A stretch of DNA of 36,733 nucleotides from Candidatus Undinarchaeota archaeon. Its GTDB lineage: Archaea > SpSt-1190 > JASMDC01. The notes beneath the pieces were generated by a model. It was not told where the DNA came from. It searched no databases and worked only from the letters and a program-made list of their open reading frames with translations. The position numbers and the translations under genes are program-made. Location of the stretch: contig CAZFHY010000020.1 of NCBI GenBank assembly GCA_964519305.1, positions 21,833 to 58,565 on the forward strand, given 5' to 3'. Below, piece by piece: positions 26,918-35,582 of the stretch; positions within the stretch are counted from its first letter, which is position 1, and the number at the start of each line of letters is the position of its first letter.

Positions 26918-28096
26918 ATGGCCAAGTTGTGGGACAAGGGCGGAGCGCTGGATGCGCGTGTGGAAGCGTTCACTGTCGGTGACGACCCCCAGCTCGACCA
27001 GCGCCTCGTCCCCCACGACTGTCAGGCCTCCATCGCGCATGTTCGCACACTTGGCAAAGCCGGAGTGCTCAAGGACGATGATGTCGGAAAGCTCACAGCA
27101 GAGCTCGAGCATATCATAGAGCTCCACGCCGCCGGCGACTTCCCCATACCTCCCGAGCTCGAGGACTGCCACACCGCCATCGAGCACCACCTCACCCAGA
27201 CGCTCGGCGACCTGGGGAAGAAGGTGCACACTGGCCGCTCGCGCAACGACCAGGTGCTGGCTGCGCTCCACATCTACTACGACGAAGAGCTCGGTGCGGT
27301 CAACGGACTAATTTGCGAGCTCGTGGCAGCCCTGACCGAATTGGCGGGACAGCACGGCGACGTACCCATCCCGGGCCATACCCACACCCGCAAGGCCATG
27401 CCCTCGTCAGTGGACTACTGGGCCAAGGGGTTCATCGGTGCCCTCGCCGACGATATGACGGTCCTGTGCCCGGTGAGGGCGCTCGCCCAACGTTCCCCGC
27501 TGGGGACCGGCGCCGGTTACGGTGTACCGCTGGAGCTCGACAAGGAGTTCACGGCCAAGGAGATGGGATTCATGCATGTAATGGAGAACGGCGTCCACGC
27601 CCAGCTCTCCCGCGGGAAGCTGGCGGCAGGCATCCTCCACGCCCTATCCCAAGTGACGGCCACGCTCAACGCCATGGCCAGCGACCTCATCCTCTTCAGC
27701 ATGCCGGCGTTCGGGTTCTTCCAACTCCCTGAGGAGATGACCACCGGTAGTTCCATCATGCCCCAGAAGAAGAACCCGGACGTACTGGAGCTGGTACGCG
27801 CCAGCCATCACAAGGTGGTCGCAAGGGAGCACGAGGTCCAGGGTATCTGCTCGAACCTCATCTCCGGCTACCACCGCGACTACCAGCTCACTAAAGGGCC
27901 GGTTCTCACGGGTATCGACACTACAAAGGACTGCCTGGCCATCATGGCCGCGGTCATCCAGGGGCTGGTAGTGGACGAGGAGAACTGTCAGAAGGCCATG
28001 ACCGACGAGCTGTTCGCCACAGAAGAGGTCTACAAGCTCGTCAAGGAAGGTGTCCCGTTCAGGGACGCGTATAAGCAGGTCAGTCGCCGTTATTGA
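26918..28096 (+). CDS. argH: Argininosuccinate lyase (short form)
   Basis: KLW, EDCH, HTGRSRNDQV, PGHTH, TGSSIMPQKKNPDVLEL and GVPFRDAY. Lies directly after argG. Confidence 0.95.
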   Translation: MAKLWDKGGALDARVEAFTVGDDPQLDQRLVPHDCQASIAHVRTLGKAGVLKDDDVGKLTAELEHIIELHAAGDFPIPPELEDCHTAIEHHLTQTLGDLGKKVHTGRSRNDQVLAALHIYYDEELGAVNGLICELVAALTELAGQHGDVPIPGHTHTRKAMPSSVDYWAKGFIGALADDMTVLCPVRALAQRSPLGTGAGYGVPLELDKEFTAKEMGFMHVMENGVHAQLSRGKLAAGILHALSQVTATLNAMASDLILFSMPAFGFFQLPEEMTTGSSIMPQKKNPDVLELVRASHHKVVAREHEVQGICSNLISGYHRDYQLTKGPVLTGIDTTKDCLAIMAAVIQGLVVDEENCQKAMTDELFATEEVYKLVKEGVPFRDAYKQVSRRY

Positions 28097-29078
28097 TGGA
28101 CTCCCGCGCGAGGATGGGATTCTCCTGGGCTTCGGTCTCGGCTCGTCGCTGCTGCATTTCCGTATAGAAGTGCTCGAAATCCCCACGAAGGGAGTTCTTA
28201 CGCTCGATGACCGCGTCGATGAAGTCCTGGGCCTTTACGTAGGTCGAGTCGGTGCTGTTGAACGCATGCAGGCTCTTCTCCCGCTCGATGGCGTATGGGC
28301 GGAGGATCTCCTCTATCTCCCGGTCGGGGATGGCCTCGATGGCATCGATTACCTCCTCGGCAGCATCGAAGTCCACATCGCACTCGCCCTCGAGGTAGGT
28401 GGTCCACATATCGTTGTAGATGGGTGTCCACCCCTTGGGGGTGTCGTACAGGTGAGAGAGCCTGTCTTTGCCGTAGAACCGGAACGCCTGCCCCTTGTCT
28501 ATGGCATGGTATTGACCGTCCCGGCCGACTAGGAAGTTCTTGTGATGTGTGTCGAAGTTGCCGATGAACCAGTCGAACACCTGGTTCTTCACCAGGAAGT
28601 CCGTCTTGTCCTTCCCGAAGTAGCCCTCTTCCGACCACTTGGGGTTGGGGAAGGTGCTATTGTTCTCCACGAACTCCTGGGATGAGCCAGTGGTACAGAA
28701 AGGACCACCCTCACCGTTCAGGATCAGGAAGTTACCGTACTTGGTATGGGGGACAGTGATATCCTCCATACCGGGCCGATGCGCGAGGTCGTACACGGCG
28801 GCCTCCCCCATGGCAAGGAACCGGTCATCATCGCTCAACGCACCCTTGACGACCCACTCGGTATCGTCCTTCAGGTCCCTGGCAAGGTAGAGATCGCAGG
28901 CGCTCTCGCCGACCTTCATGCGCTCCGGCGTCGGGAGGAGCGTATAGCATCCCTGGACACCTCGTCCGGTCCCGGTGAGGTAGTCGCCGATTGTCTGGGA
29001 CAGTGGTTCGGTGTCAATCTCATCGGCATAGGGGCGAAGAAGTTCGTCCACCGGTGCCGGAGCGTAGGCCGAGACCAT
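28080..29078 (-). CDS. HipA/PI3K-PI4K-like atypical kinase
   Basis: WVVK (ATP-binding Lys), GEAAVYDLA (helix C Glu), FDWFIGNFDTHHKNFL (catalytic loop DxHxxN) and AIDKGQAF. Confidence 0.8.
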   Translation of the reverse strand: MVSAYAPAPVDELLRPYADEIDTEPLSQTIGDYLTGTGRGVQGCYTLLPTPERMKVGESACDLYLARDLKDDTEWVVKGALSDDDRFLAMGEAAVYDLAHRPGMEDITVPHTKYGNFLILNGEGGPFCTTGSSQEFVENNSTFPNPKWSEEGYFGKDKTDFLVKNQVFDWFIGNFDTHHKNFLVGRDGQYHAIDKGQAFRFYGKDRLSHLYDTPKGWTPIYNDMWTTYLEGECDVDFDAAEEVIDAIEAIPDREIEEILRPYAIEREKSLHAFNSTDSTYVKAQDFIDAVIERKNSLRGDFEHFYTEMQQRRAETEAQENPILARESINNGD

Positions 29079-29146
29079 AGGGATTGATGATAGTCAGTCA
29101 GGTGATTAATATAGTTTACCACGGGGCAGTGACACCCTTGCGACCC

Positions 29147-30298
29147 TCACTTCTTGATATGGACCTCGATCGTATCCCCGTCACCCACCGGATGGTCCAG
29201 ACCGACCTTCTGACCGGGGAACCTGGAGGTGCCCCACATGCGGGCGAAGGTGAAGCGTTTGACCATGTCCTTGTGGATGCGGATGGCGACGTCCCGGACC
29301 GTTGAATCAGCAGGCAGCGTGATGGGCTTCTCCACTCGCTTCTTACCGGGCGACTTCGTGTACACCCTGATGAGCCCGAGGTGGGCCCACACACCATCCC
29401 GTACCCGCTCCATCCCCTCACCTTTCACGGGGGATGCAGGGATGATCGTCAGATGTGGGAAGGCCTTCTTCAGTTCTTCGAACCCATCGCTGGAGCCTGA
29501 AAGGTCCCCCTTCGTGACCACCACCACCAGTTTCTGGTACTGGATGCGTTTATCCATCACCCTCTCTACGTCCAGGACCGTGGCCTTGCCCACGATGCGC
29601 ACGGTCGCGCAGTGGATGTTACGTGCCTGGAAGGCCTGTCGTATCTCGGCGGGATCCCCGTCGAGGTACTTCTCCCCCAGGATCTCGATGCCGCCCCTTG
29701 AGCCCACTTCGACCTTCACAGGGGGCGCAGGTCGGTCGGTGATGATGCCACCTGACGTCAGCTCCTCGACGATGAGCTCCAGGGTGCCCACGGGATCGTC
29801 GATCGCATCGATCACGGCGACTATCATGTCGGAGTTGCGCACCAGACCAAGGAAGGAACGCCCGTTCTCCGTATCGCGCCAGTCCTCCATGACCGCCGGG
29901 ATCTCGACCAGCTGCACCTGGGCCTGGCCGCAGGGCATCATGGCTACAACTGGGAGGGCTGTGGTGAAGGGGTAGTCGGCCACCTCGGCGTTGGCGTTGG
30001 TGAGAAGGTTGAGCAGGGCAGACTTGCCCGCATTGGGGAGACCGATCACTGCCACTTGTGCCGCACCTTCTTTGCGCACCGAGATAGAGAACCGCTTACC
30101 GGCAGAAGCGGCCTTTTCCTCCATGTCACGCATGCGGGCCAGCTTACGCTTCCAGGTCATCCTCAGTTTCTCGGTCCCCTTGTGCTTGGGGATGATCGAG
30201 AGTATGTTCATGATGGCCTTCATCTTCTCCTTGGTGCTCGTGGCCTCATCGTAGGCGTTCGAGGCCGAGATGAACCCTGGTGGGAGATTGGTCGGCAT
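29147..30298 (-). CDS. DRG/RBG-type OBG-family GTPase with C-terminal TGS domain
   Basis: MPTNLPP, IPKHKGTEKL, GLPNAGKS, YPFTT, TKGD, IRVYTK and GQKVGLDH..DGD.IE.H. Confidence 0.93.
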   Translation of the reverse strand: MPTNLPPGFISASNAYDEATSTKEKMKAIMNILSIIPKHKGTEKLRMTWKRKLARMRDMEEKAASAGKRFSISVRKEGAAQVAVIGLPNAGKSALLNLLTNANAEVADYPFTTALPVVAMMPCGQAQVQLVEIPAVMEDWRDTENGRSFLGLVRNSDMIVAVIDAIDDPVGTLELIVEELTSGGIITDRPAPPVKVEVGSRGGIEILGEKYLDGDPAEIRQAFQARNIHCATVRIVGKATVLDVERVMDKRIQYQKLVVVVTKGDLSGSSDGFEELKKAFPHLTIIPASPVKGEGMERVRDGVWAHLGLIRVYTKSPGKKRVEKPITLPADSTVRDVAIRIHKDMVKRFTFARMWGTSRFPGQKVGLDHPVGDGDTIEVHIKK

Positions 30299-30363
30299 GG
30301 TCCGGATGATGAGAAAGGTGAAAGCAGATTAAAGCCTTTCGCCGGGGCGATGGCAAGATCGCC

Positions 30364-30454
30364 TATTATACCCTAATCCAAAGGGAGGGTATAAATACGG
30401 ATTGTCTCAGCAGAGTGGTAACAGAATGGGGCCTGTACGCTCTAGGTGATGATC
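30364..30454 (+). promoter_or_regulatory. Promoter and leader of the dikinase operon
   Basis: TTATACCCT-N11-AGGGTATAA is a perfect 9-bp inverted repeat overlapping the TATA box. An imperfect hairpin precedes the AGGTGA SD (30444-30449). Confidence 0.6.
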
Positions 30455-31798
30455 ATGTCATACGTCATCGATCTTGCTGATATCACGGAGAACGACCGTG
30501 AGCTCGTGGGAGGTAAGGCCTACAACCTGGCCAAGCTCATCCATCTGGGTATCAACGTGCCCGAGGGTTTCACTGTCACTACCGAGGCTTACGAGGACAC
30601 GGTAGGACAGAATCCCGCCATCCACGATAGCATCGATAAGCTCCGATCCGACCGATACACCCTCCGTTCTCTCGTCGATTTCTCCGAGAACCTCTATGAA
30701 CAGTTCCAGCAGGCAGACATGCGCTCTGACGTGCGGGACGCGATCACTACTGCCTACAACAACCTCGGCGGCAAGGTCGCCATCCGCTCCTCCGGCTCGG
30801 CCGAGGACCTTGAGAAGTTCGCCTTCGCGGGCCAGCACGATTCCTACCTCAACATCGAAGGGGCGGACGCGGTCATCGCCAAGACCGCGGCCTGTCAGGG
30901 CTCGCTCTACACGCCTCGGGCCATCCGCTACCGCAGCGAGAACGGGTTCGGCCAGCACGTCTCCATGGGGGTAGTTGTCCAGCATCAGATCAACGCGACC
31001 GCTGCCGGCACGCTCTTCACCAAGGACGTGGACAGCGGCGACGACGTCGTCATCATCGATGCGAATTACGGACTCGGCGAGTCGGTCGTTTCCGGCAAGG
31101 TCACACCTGATGAGTTCATAGTCGATCCGATCACCGGTGATATCACCGAACGTTACATCGACGCTAAAGCGAAGATGTGCGTGTTCGCTGACGACGGGAC
31201 CGAGTACGTGCCCGTGCCCGCCGATAAGCAGGACAAGCAGTGTATTACCGATGAACAGGTCAAGGAGCTCACCCGGATCGCCAAGCTCATCAAGGAGGAT
31301 TACGGCCAGGACATGGACATCGAGTGGGCCATCGAGGGCGACACCATCTACATAACACAGGCCCGCGCTCTCACTGTCAAGGACGAGGACCGGGACTTCG
31401 TGGTCCACGAGGTACCAACCGATGCCAACGTGCTCTACGACCTGGACCGCAGTCACCGGGTTTGGGGCGGGCTCGCTCATGGCGAGGTACGCATCGTGGA
31501 GAAACCCTCAGATGTCCCGGACGACCTCGAGAACTACGTCCTCGTGGCCCGGGAGACCACCCCTGACATGACCTCGCTAATCTACAACGAGGACTCCAGC
31601 GGCGAACGTATGCTCCGCGCCGTTGCCATGATCACCGAGGAGGGCGGCAAGACCTGTCACGCCGCCATCACCGCCCGCGAGAACGGTATCCCCACTCTCG
31701 TGGGTGTCAAGGACGTCACCCGTGATCTCAAGGACGGGATGGACGTCTACGTTGACGCCAGTGCAGGTGCGATCTATACTCTGGAGGAGGATGCTTAA
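30455..31798 (+). CDS. PEP synthase-like dikinase: ATP-grasp (PPDK_N) + phospho-His swivel domain, lacking the PEP/pyruvate TIM barrel
   Basis: VGGKA, VPEGF, AIRSS..ED..FAGQ, GLGESVVSG..TPD, DIEWA..QAR and GGKTCHAAITARE. It ends in TAA right after VDASAGAIY. Confidence 0.88.
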   Translation: MSYVIDLADITENDRELVGGKAYNLAKLIHLGINVPEGFTVTTEAYEDTVGQNPAIHDSIDKLRSDRYTLRSLVDFSENLYEQFQQADMRSDVRDAITTAYNNLGGKVAIRSSGSAEDLEKFAFAGQHDSYLNIEGADAVIAKTAACQGSLYTPRAIRYRSENGFGQHVSMGVVVQHQINATAAGTLFTKDVDSGDDVVIIDANYGLGESVVSGKVTPDEFIVDPITGDITERYIDAKAKMCVFADDGTEYVPVPADKQDKQCITDEQVKELTRIAKLIKEDYGQDMDIEWAIEGDTIYITQARALTVKDEDRDFVVHEVPTDANVLYDLDRSHRVWGGLAHGEVRIVEKPSDVPDDLENYVLVARETTPDMTSLIYNEDSSGERMLRAVAMITEEGGKTCHAAITARENGIPTLVGVKDVTRDLKDGMDVYVDASAGAIYTLEEDA

Positions 31799-31799
31799 A

Positions 31800-33431
31800 A
31801 TGGGATGGAGAGGACCGGCGGGGGACTGGGTTCCCGATACGCTCACACCGATCAACGGCGACGAGGCCGCACAGGTCATCATGTCGCTGCACCCTACCAA
31901 GGAGGGCCGGCTGAACGCCCAGAAGGTGGGCGGGCGCCGGGGTCGGCGCGGACAGCACGCTGCTCCCGGGGGCGCCAACGAGGCAGCCACCATGGAGAAG
32001 GTCATGGAGGAGATGACACGGGCCCGTCCTTTGGGCGCTCACGCTTACATCATCCGCACTCTCGGCATCTACCCCATCGATTCTAGTTCAACCAACATCA
32101 GCGTGCGCGACAACGGTTATCTTACTACCTGGTTCAACGACATGCGCAACGCCGACGTGTACGAGCGCGTGGTCGGAAAGGGCTCCGAGTTCATCGATCC
32201 CGAGGGCAAGCTCGCCGAGGAGCTTGACATCCTCCACGACGCCGGCATCGCCAAGAAGGAGGTCCGCTACCGGACCCTGGACAAGTCATACAAGGGCCTG
32301 CTCGGCGATATCAAAGATCAGCAATCCAAGCTCAGCGGCCTTGAGGGCGACAAGGAGGAGATCGAGCAGACCGCCGCGTACCTGGAGGCTCAGCAGGAGT
32401 GGGAGAAGCTCTCAGCCGATCGGAAGGCGAACCAGGAGGAGCTGGACAGCCGCCTGGACAAGATCAATGAGATGCGCACCGAGCTCCAGTCGGTGGTGTA
32501 CGACCGCAACCACGCCGAGAAGGTGCTGGCCGCCCGCGACCAGATGCTCGACGCTGGCGGCTCGGTCTCCCTCCTGGGCCGCGGAAAGGAGTACGTCAAG
32601 ATCCTCGAGACGGAAGGGGTTCTGGAGAATACCTCGTTCGGCGGGCGGAAGCTCGACGAGCAGGGTGTCCACCGGTACCAGCGCATGCTCGACAACGCCA
32701 AGGGACGGCAGGACATGCTCAAGGGCGAGATCTCCAGCAAGGAGGAGAAGGCCCTGCCCTACCAACTTACGATCCGGGACGAGAGCGCCCGGATGGAGGA
32801 GCTGAACCGCACCATCAAGGCATACGAGGAGAAGCTCAAGGGCGTCGAGGGGAAGCTGAGCGACGAGATGCTCCAGCTCCGCGGATTCCAGAACGCTGCG
32901 AGCGTGTACCGCGACATACTCCAGGAGGTCGGCAACGACGGCATCAGCCCGCGGGCCGATGGCTTCAAGGTGCTCGACCAGTACGGGCTCGTGGAGCCCT
33001 CGCGCACCGCGTACAACCTCGATCCCCAGCAGTCGCCGGGTGCCAAGCGCATCGAGGCTCTCAAGCAGATCGAGGCCTGGAACGGCGGCTCCACCGACGG
33101 CCTCTGCCTCATCGGCGAGGAGTATTTCAACCTCAACAAGGGTACCTGGAAGAATCCTGGCGGCATCGAGCACGTCTACGTCTGGGCGCTGTGCAAGGGC
33201 GGTAACTGGTACTATCACGAGACCGATTACGGTCACAATATGTGGAGCAATCCCGGCCAGGTCCTGGCCTATAAGGTGGTGGTGGACGGCAAGGATGTCG
33301 ATCCCGCCGACCTCAACGATATCGCCGAGCAGATCTACGACATCGCTCACCGCATCGGCCGACACGAGAACGATGTGGACCGGTACGCATCCCAGCACTC
33401 GGGACACAGGGGGGACATGAAGTTCCTTTGA
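31800..33431 (+). CDS. Hypothetical long coiled-coil protein (~543 aa)
   Basis: ATG 31800 follows GGAGGAGG, 1 nt after the dikinase stop. The centre is heptad-rich in E/K/L/Q and the C-terminal domain is aromatic-rich. Confidence 0.8.
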   Translation: MGWRGPAGDWVPDTLTPINGDEAAQVIMSLHPTKEGRLNAQKVGGRRGRRGQHAAPGGANEAATMEKVMEEMTRARPLGAHAYIIRTLGIYPIDSSSTNISVRDNGYLTTWFNDMRNADVYERVVGKGSEFIDPEGKLAEELDILHDAGIAKKEVRYRTLDKSYKGLLGDIKDQQSKLSGLEGDKEEIEQTAAYLEAQQEWEKLSADRKANQEELDSRLDKINEMRTELQSVVYDRNHAEKVLAARDQMLDAGGSVSLLGRGKEYVKILETEGVLENTSFGGRKLDEQGVHRYQRMLDNAKGRQDMLKGEISSKEEKALPYQLTIRDESARMEELNRTIKAYEEKLKGVEGKLSDEMLQLRGFQNAASVYRDILQEVGNDGISPRADGFKVLDQYGLVEPSRTAYNLDPQQSPGAKRIEALKQIEAWNGGSTDGLCLIGEEYFNLNKGTWKNPGGIEHVYVWALCKGGNWYYHETDYGHNMWSNPGQVLAYKVVVDGKDVDPADLNDIAEQIYDIAHRIGRHENDVDRYASQHSGHRGDMKFL

Positions 33432-33441
33432 GGTGATCATC

Positions 33442-34023
33442 ATGGACGCAGAATACCTTGACGCATTCCAAACGGTCCTGGAGGCCGACTACTCAGGCCC
33501 CGGTCTGGCCGACTCCTACCGGACCATCGATGAGAAGCTCGACCTCCTTGTGAAGGACGCGCCCAACCGCGCTCTCAAGGACTACTTCACTGAGCTCCAC
33601 TCCGAGGTCGGTGCCTATCACGATGGTTTCCGCGACATCACCCGCAAGTACACGGACCTCCGCGAGGACCTGGACGAGCGGTGCGAGCCCGGGAACGTCC
33701 ACAAGGGCGTGCAGGTGGCCACCCCTCTGGGTATGGCTACCTACGGCTTCATCACTGGTCTGGCAGGCGGCCCTCTCGTCGCCTTCCTGACCGGAGGATT
33801 GGGTCTCGTGGCCGGCTATCTCACGGACATGTACGTGGTGGACGGCGTCGGAAACGTCGCCCTCAATGCCACTGAGAAGGGTAAGCTGAGCTCGCTAGAG
33901 AGCGAGCACCGCCCTGCTATAGATACGAAGCTCGCCGAGGGGCAGCGGCTGTACGAGGCTTTCGAGGAGGCTTACTTCTTCGACAAGATCGAGCCGACAT
34001 CCCTGAGCGAGGACGGTAACTGA
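33442..34023 (+). CDS. Hypothetical helical protein with central glycine-zipper hydrophobic hairpin
   Basis: AGGTGA SD. LGMATYGFITGLAGGPLVAFLTGGLGLVAGYL lies between amphipathic helices. Confidence 0.8.
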   Translation: MDAEYLDAFQTVLEADYSGPGLADSYRTIDEKLDLLVKDAPNRALKDYFTELHSEVGAYHDGFRDITRKYTDLREDLDERCEPGNVHKGVQVATPLGMATYGFITGLAGGPLVAFLTGGLGLVAGYLTDMYVVDGVGNVALNATEKGKLSSLESEHRPAIDTKLAEGQRLYEAFEEAYFFDKIEPTSLSEDGN

Positions 34024-34025
34024 GA

Positions 34026-35582
34026 ATGTACGCCGCCGACCTCGACCTGGCAACGGACGCCTACGGGCACGCCCAGGACGCGGACGGCTACGCTCAGTCC
34101 GAGGACCTATCCGCCAAGAACACCGCCGGTATAGTCCTGGCCGCCGCTGGCTTCGGCCTCATGGGGCTCATCAAGATCGCCCAGCACGGCCACGACATGG
34201 ACGAGCAGGCAGAGCAGGTGGCGACGCGGTACGATTCCGTATCCCCTGACCAGGCCGAGTACGTCATGCGCAAGGTCGCCGGTTCCTTCGCCATCGACAA
34301 CGATCCCGCCGAGCTGGCCCAGCAGACCCACAAGATCATCGGCCAGGCCACTGGCCATGGCTACAGCGGGAACCAGCTCACATTCCTCCTCGACTACTGC
34401 GCCGACAAGGGCATGGAGGTGGACGACGCTATCACCTACATGACCGGTGACCAGGCCACGGACATCCTCCACACGGTCTACACCGAGACGGCCCCCCAGA
34501 CGATCCTCGACGCTGTAAAGAGTGCGTCCAAGGTCGGTTCCGCTGAAGAGGCCCAGGCCTTCGCCGACCAGATGACCGAGAAGCTCATCGCCGACGGATA
34601 CACACGAACGCCCGAGGAGATGGCCCGGTTCATCAAAGGTATCGGTGACGCTGCCGATACCAAAGCGACCGCAACCGAGCTCATCGCGGCCTACAGCACC
34701 CTCTCCGGGGCCGCGGAACAGGCCGATGTCGGGTTCGACGAAGTACTGACGGTCCTGGACCAGATCGACTACAGCGAGGACTGCTCGGGCGACACAGTCC
34801 CCAACCTGGCCGAGGGCACCGCCCGCCTCCTGACCACTGCCAAGCAGTACGGGATCGCAACGGACGACATCACGGCCACCATCAAGAGCCTTGATTACCA
34901 CGCCGACACCAGCGAGACCGCCGAGGAACTGATGAGCGGTACCCAGCGTATCCTGGAGGCCCGCGGGGAGCACGGTGCGTCCCACGACCAGGCCATCACC
35001 TTCGTGAAGAAGCTCGACTATTACGCCGACAAGAGCACCAAGGCCGACGAACTGGGCGAGGGCGCTGCCAAGCTCATCGAGGCATGCGACACGTACGACG
35101 TCACCCACGACCAGGCCATCACTCTCTTCCAGAAGCTCGACTACTACGCCGATAAGAGCACCAGAGCATACGAGCTGGCGGACGGCGCCATCAAGCTCAT
35201 CGAGACCTGTGACAAGTACGACGTGTCCCACGACCAGGCCATCAAGCTCTTCCAGAAGCTCGACTACTGGGCTGACTCCAGCACAAAGGCCCACGAACTG
35301 GCGGACGGTACCGTGAAGGTCATAGAGGCGTGCGACAAGTACGACGTCTCCCAGGACGATGCCCTTACGCTGTTCAAGAAGCTCGATTACTACTCTGATG
35401 ACAGCTCCAAGGCAAGCGAGCTAGGCGAAGGGACCGCACGGCTTATTGCTGGTATGTCCCAGCACAAGACCTCCCTCGACACGGTACTCGGGCTCATCAA
35501 GGACGCCGACAGGGCCGCCAGTGGTCAGGACGCTATAGAGGTCGCTGACGAGACCATCAGACGGATGACGGGGGCGCAGTGA
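34026..35582 (+). CDS. Acidic helical-repeat protein with N-proximal hydrophobic segment (paralog A)
   Basis: 518 aa. AGIVLAAAGFGLMGLI segment and six 41-42-aa repeats. Confidence 0.85.
   Translation: MYAADLDLATDAYGHAQDADGYAQSEDLSAKNTAGIVLAAAGFGLMGLIKIAQHGHDMDEQAEQVATRYDSVSPDQAEYVMRKVAGSFAIDNDPAELAQQTHKIIGQATGHGYSGNQLTFLLDYCADKGMEVDDAITYMTGDQATDILHTVYTETAPQTILDAVKSASKVGSAEEAQAFADQMTEKLIADGYTRTPEEMARFIKGIGDAADTKATATELIAAYSTLSGAAEQADVGFDEVLTVLDQIDYSEDCSGDTVPNLAEGTARLLTTAKQYGIATDDITATIKSLDYHADTSETAEELMSGTQRILEARGEHGASHDQAITFVKKLDYYADKSTKADELGEGAAKLIEACDTYDVTHDQAITLFQKLDYYADKSTRAYELADGAIKLIETCDKYDVSHDQAIKLFQKLDYWADSSTKAHELADGTVKVIEACDKYDVSQDDALTLFKKLDYYSDDSSKASELGEGTARLIAGMSQHKTSLDTVLGLIKDADRAASGQDAIEVADETIRRMTGAQ
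34725..35465 (+). repeat. 123-bp / 41-aa tandem repeats
   Basis: CACGACCAGGCCATCA occurs at 34983, 35106 and 35229. Unit: DVxHDQAIxLFQKLDYYADKSTKAxELADGAxKLIEACDKY. Confidence 0.9.

Noticed and set aside
26918-28096. ArgH looks short (392 aa), so possibly truncated
   Set aside because: All signature motifs through GVPFRDAY are present, and short forms ending near this motif are known.
29895-29912. G3 motif of the GTPase reads EIPA instead of DxxG
   Set aside because: The rest of the protein is a typical archaeal DRG/TGS GTPase. I cannot support novelty without an alignment.
34983-35350. 123-bp repeats as a CRISPR array or DGR template
   Set aside because: They are in-frame coding repeats without unique spacers. 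No cas or reverse transcriptase gene is present.
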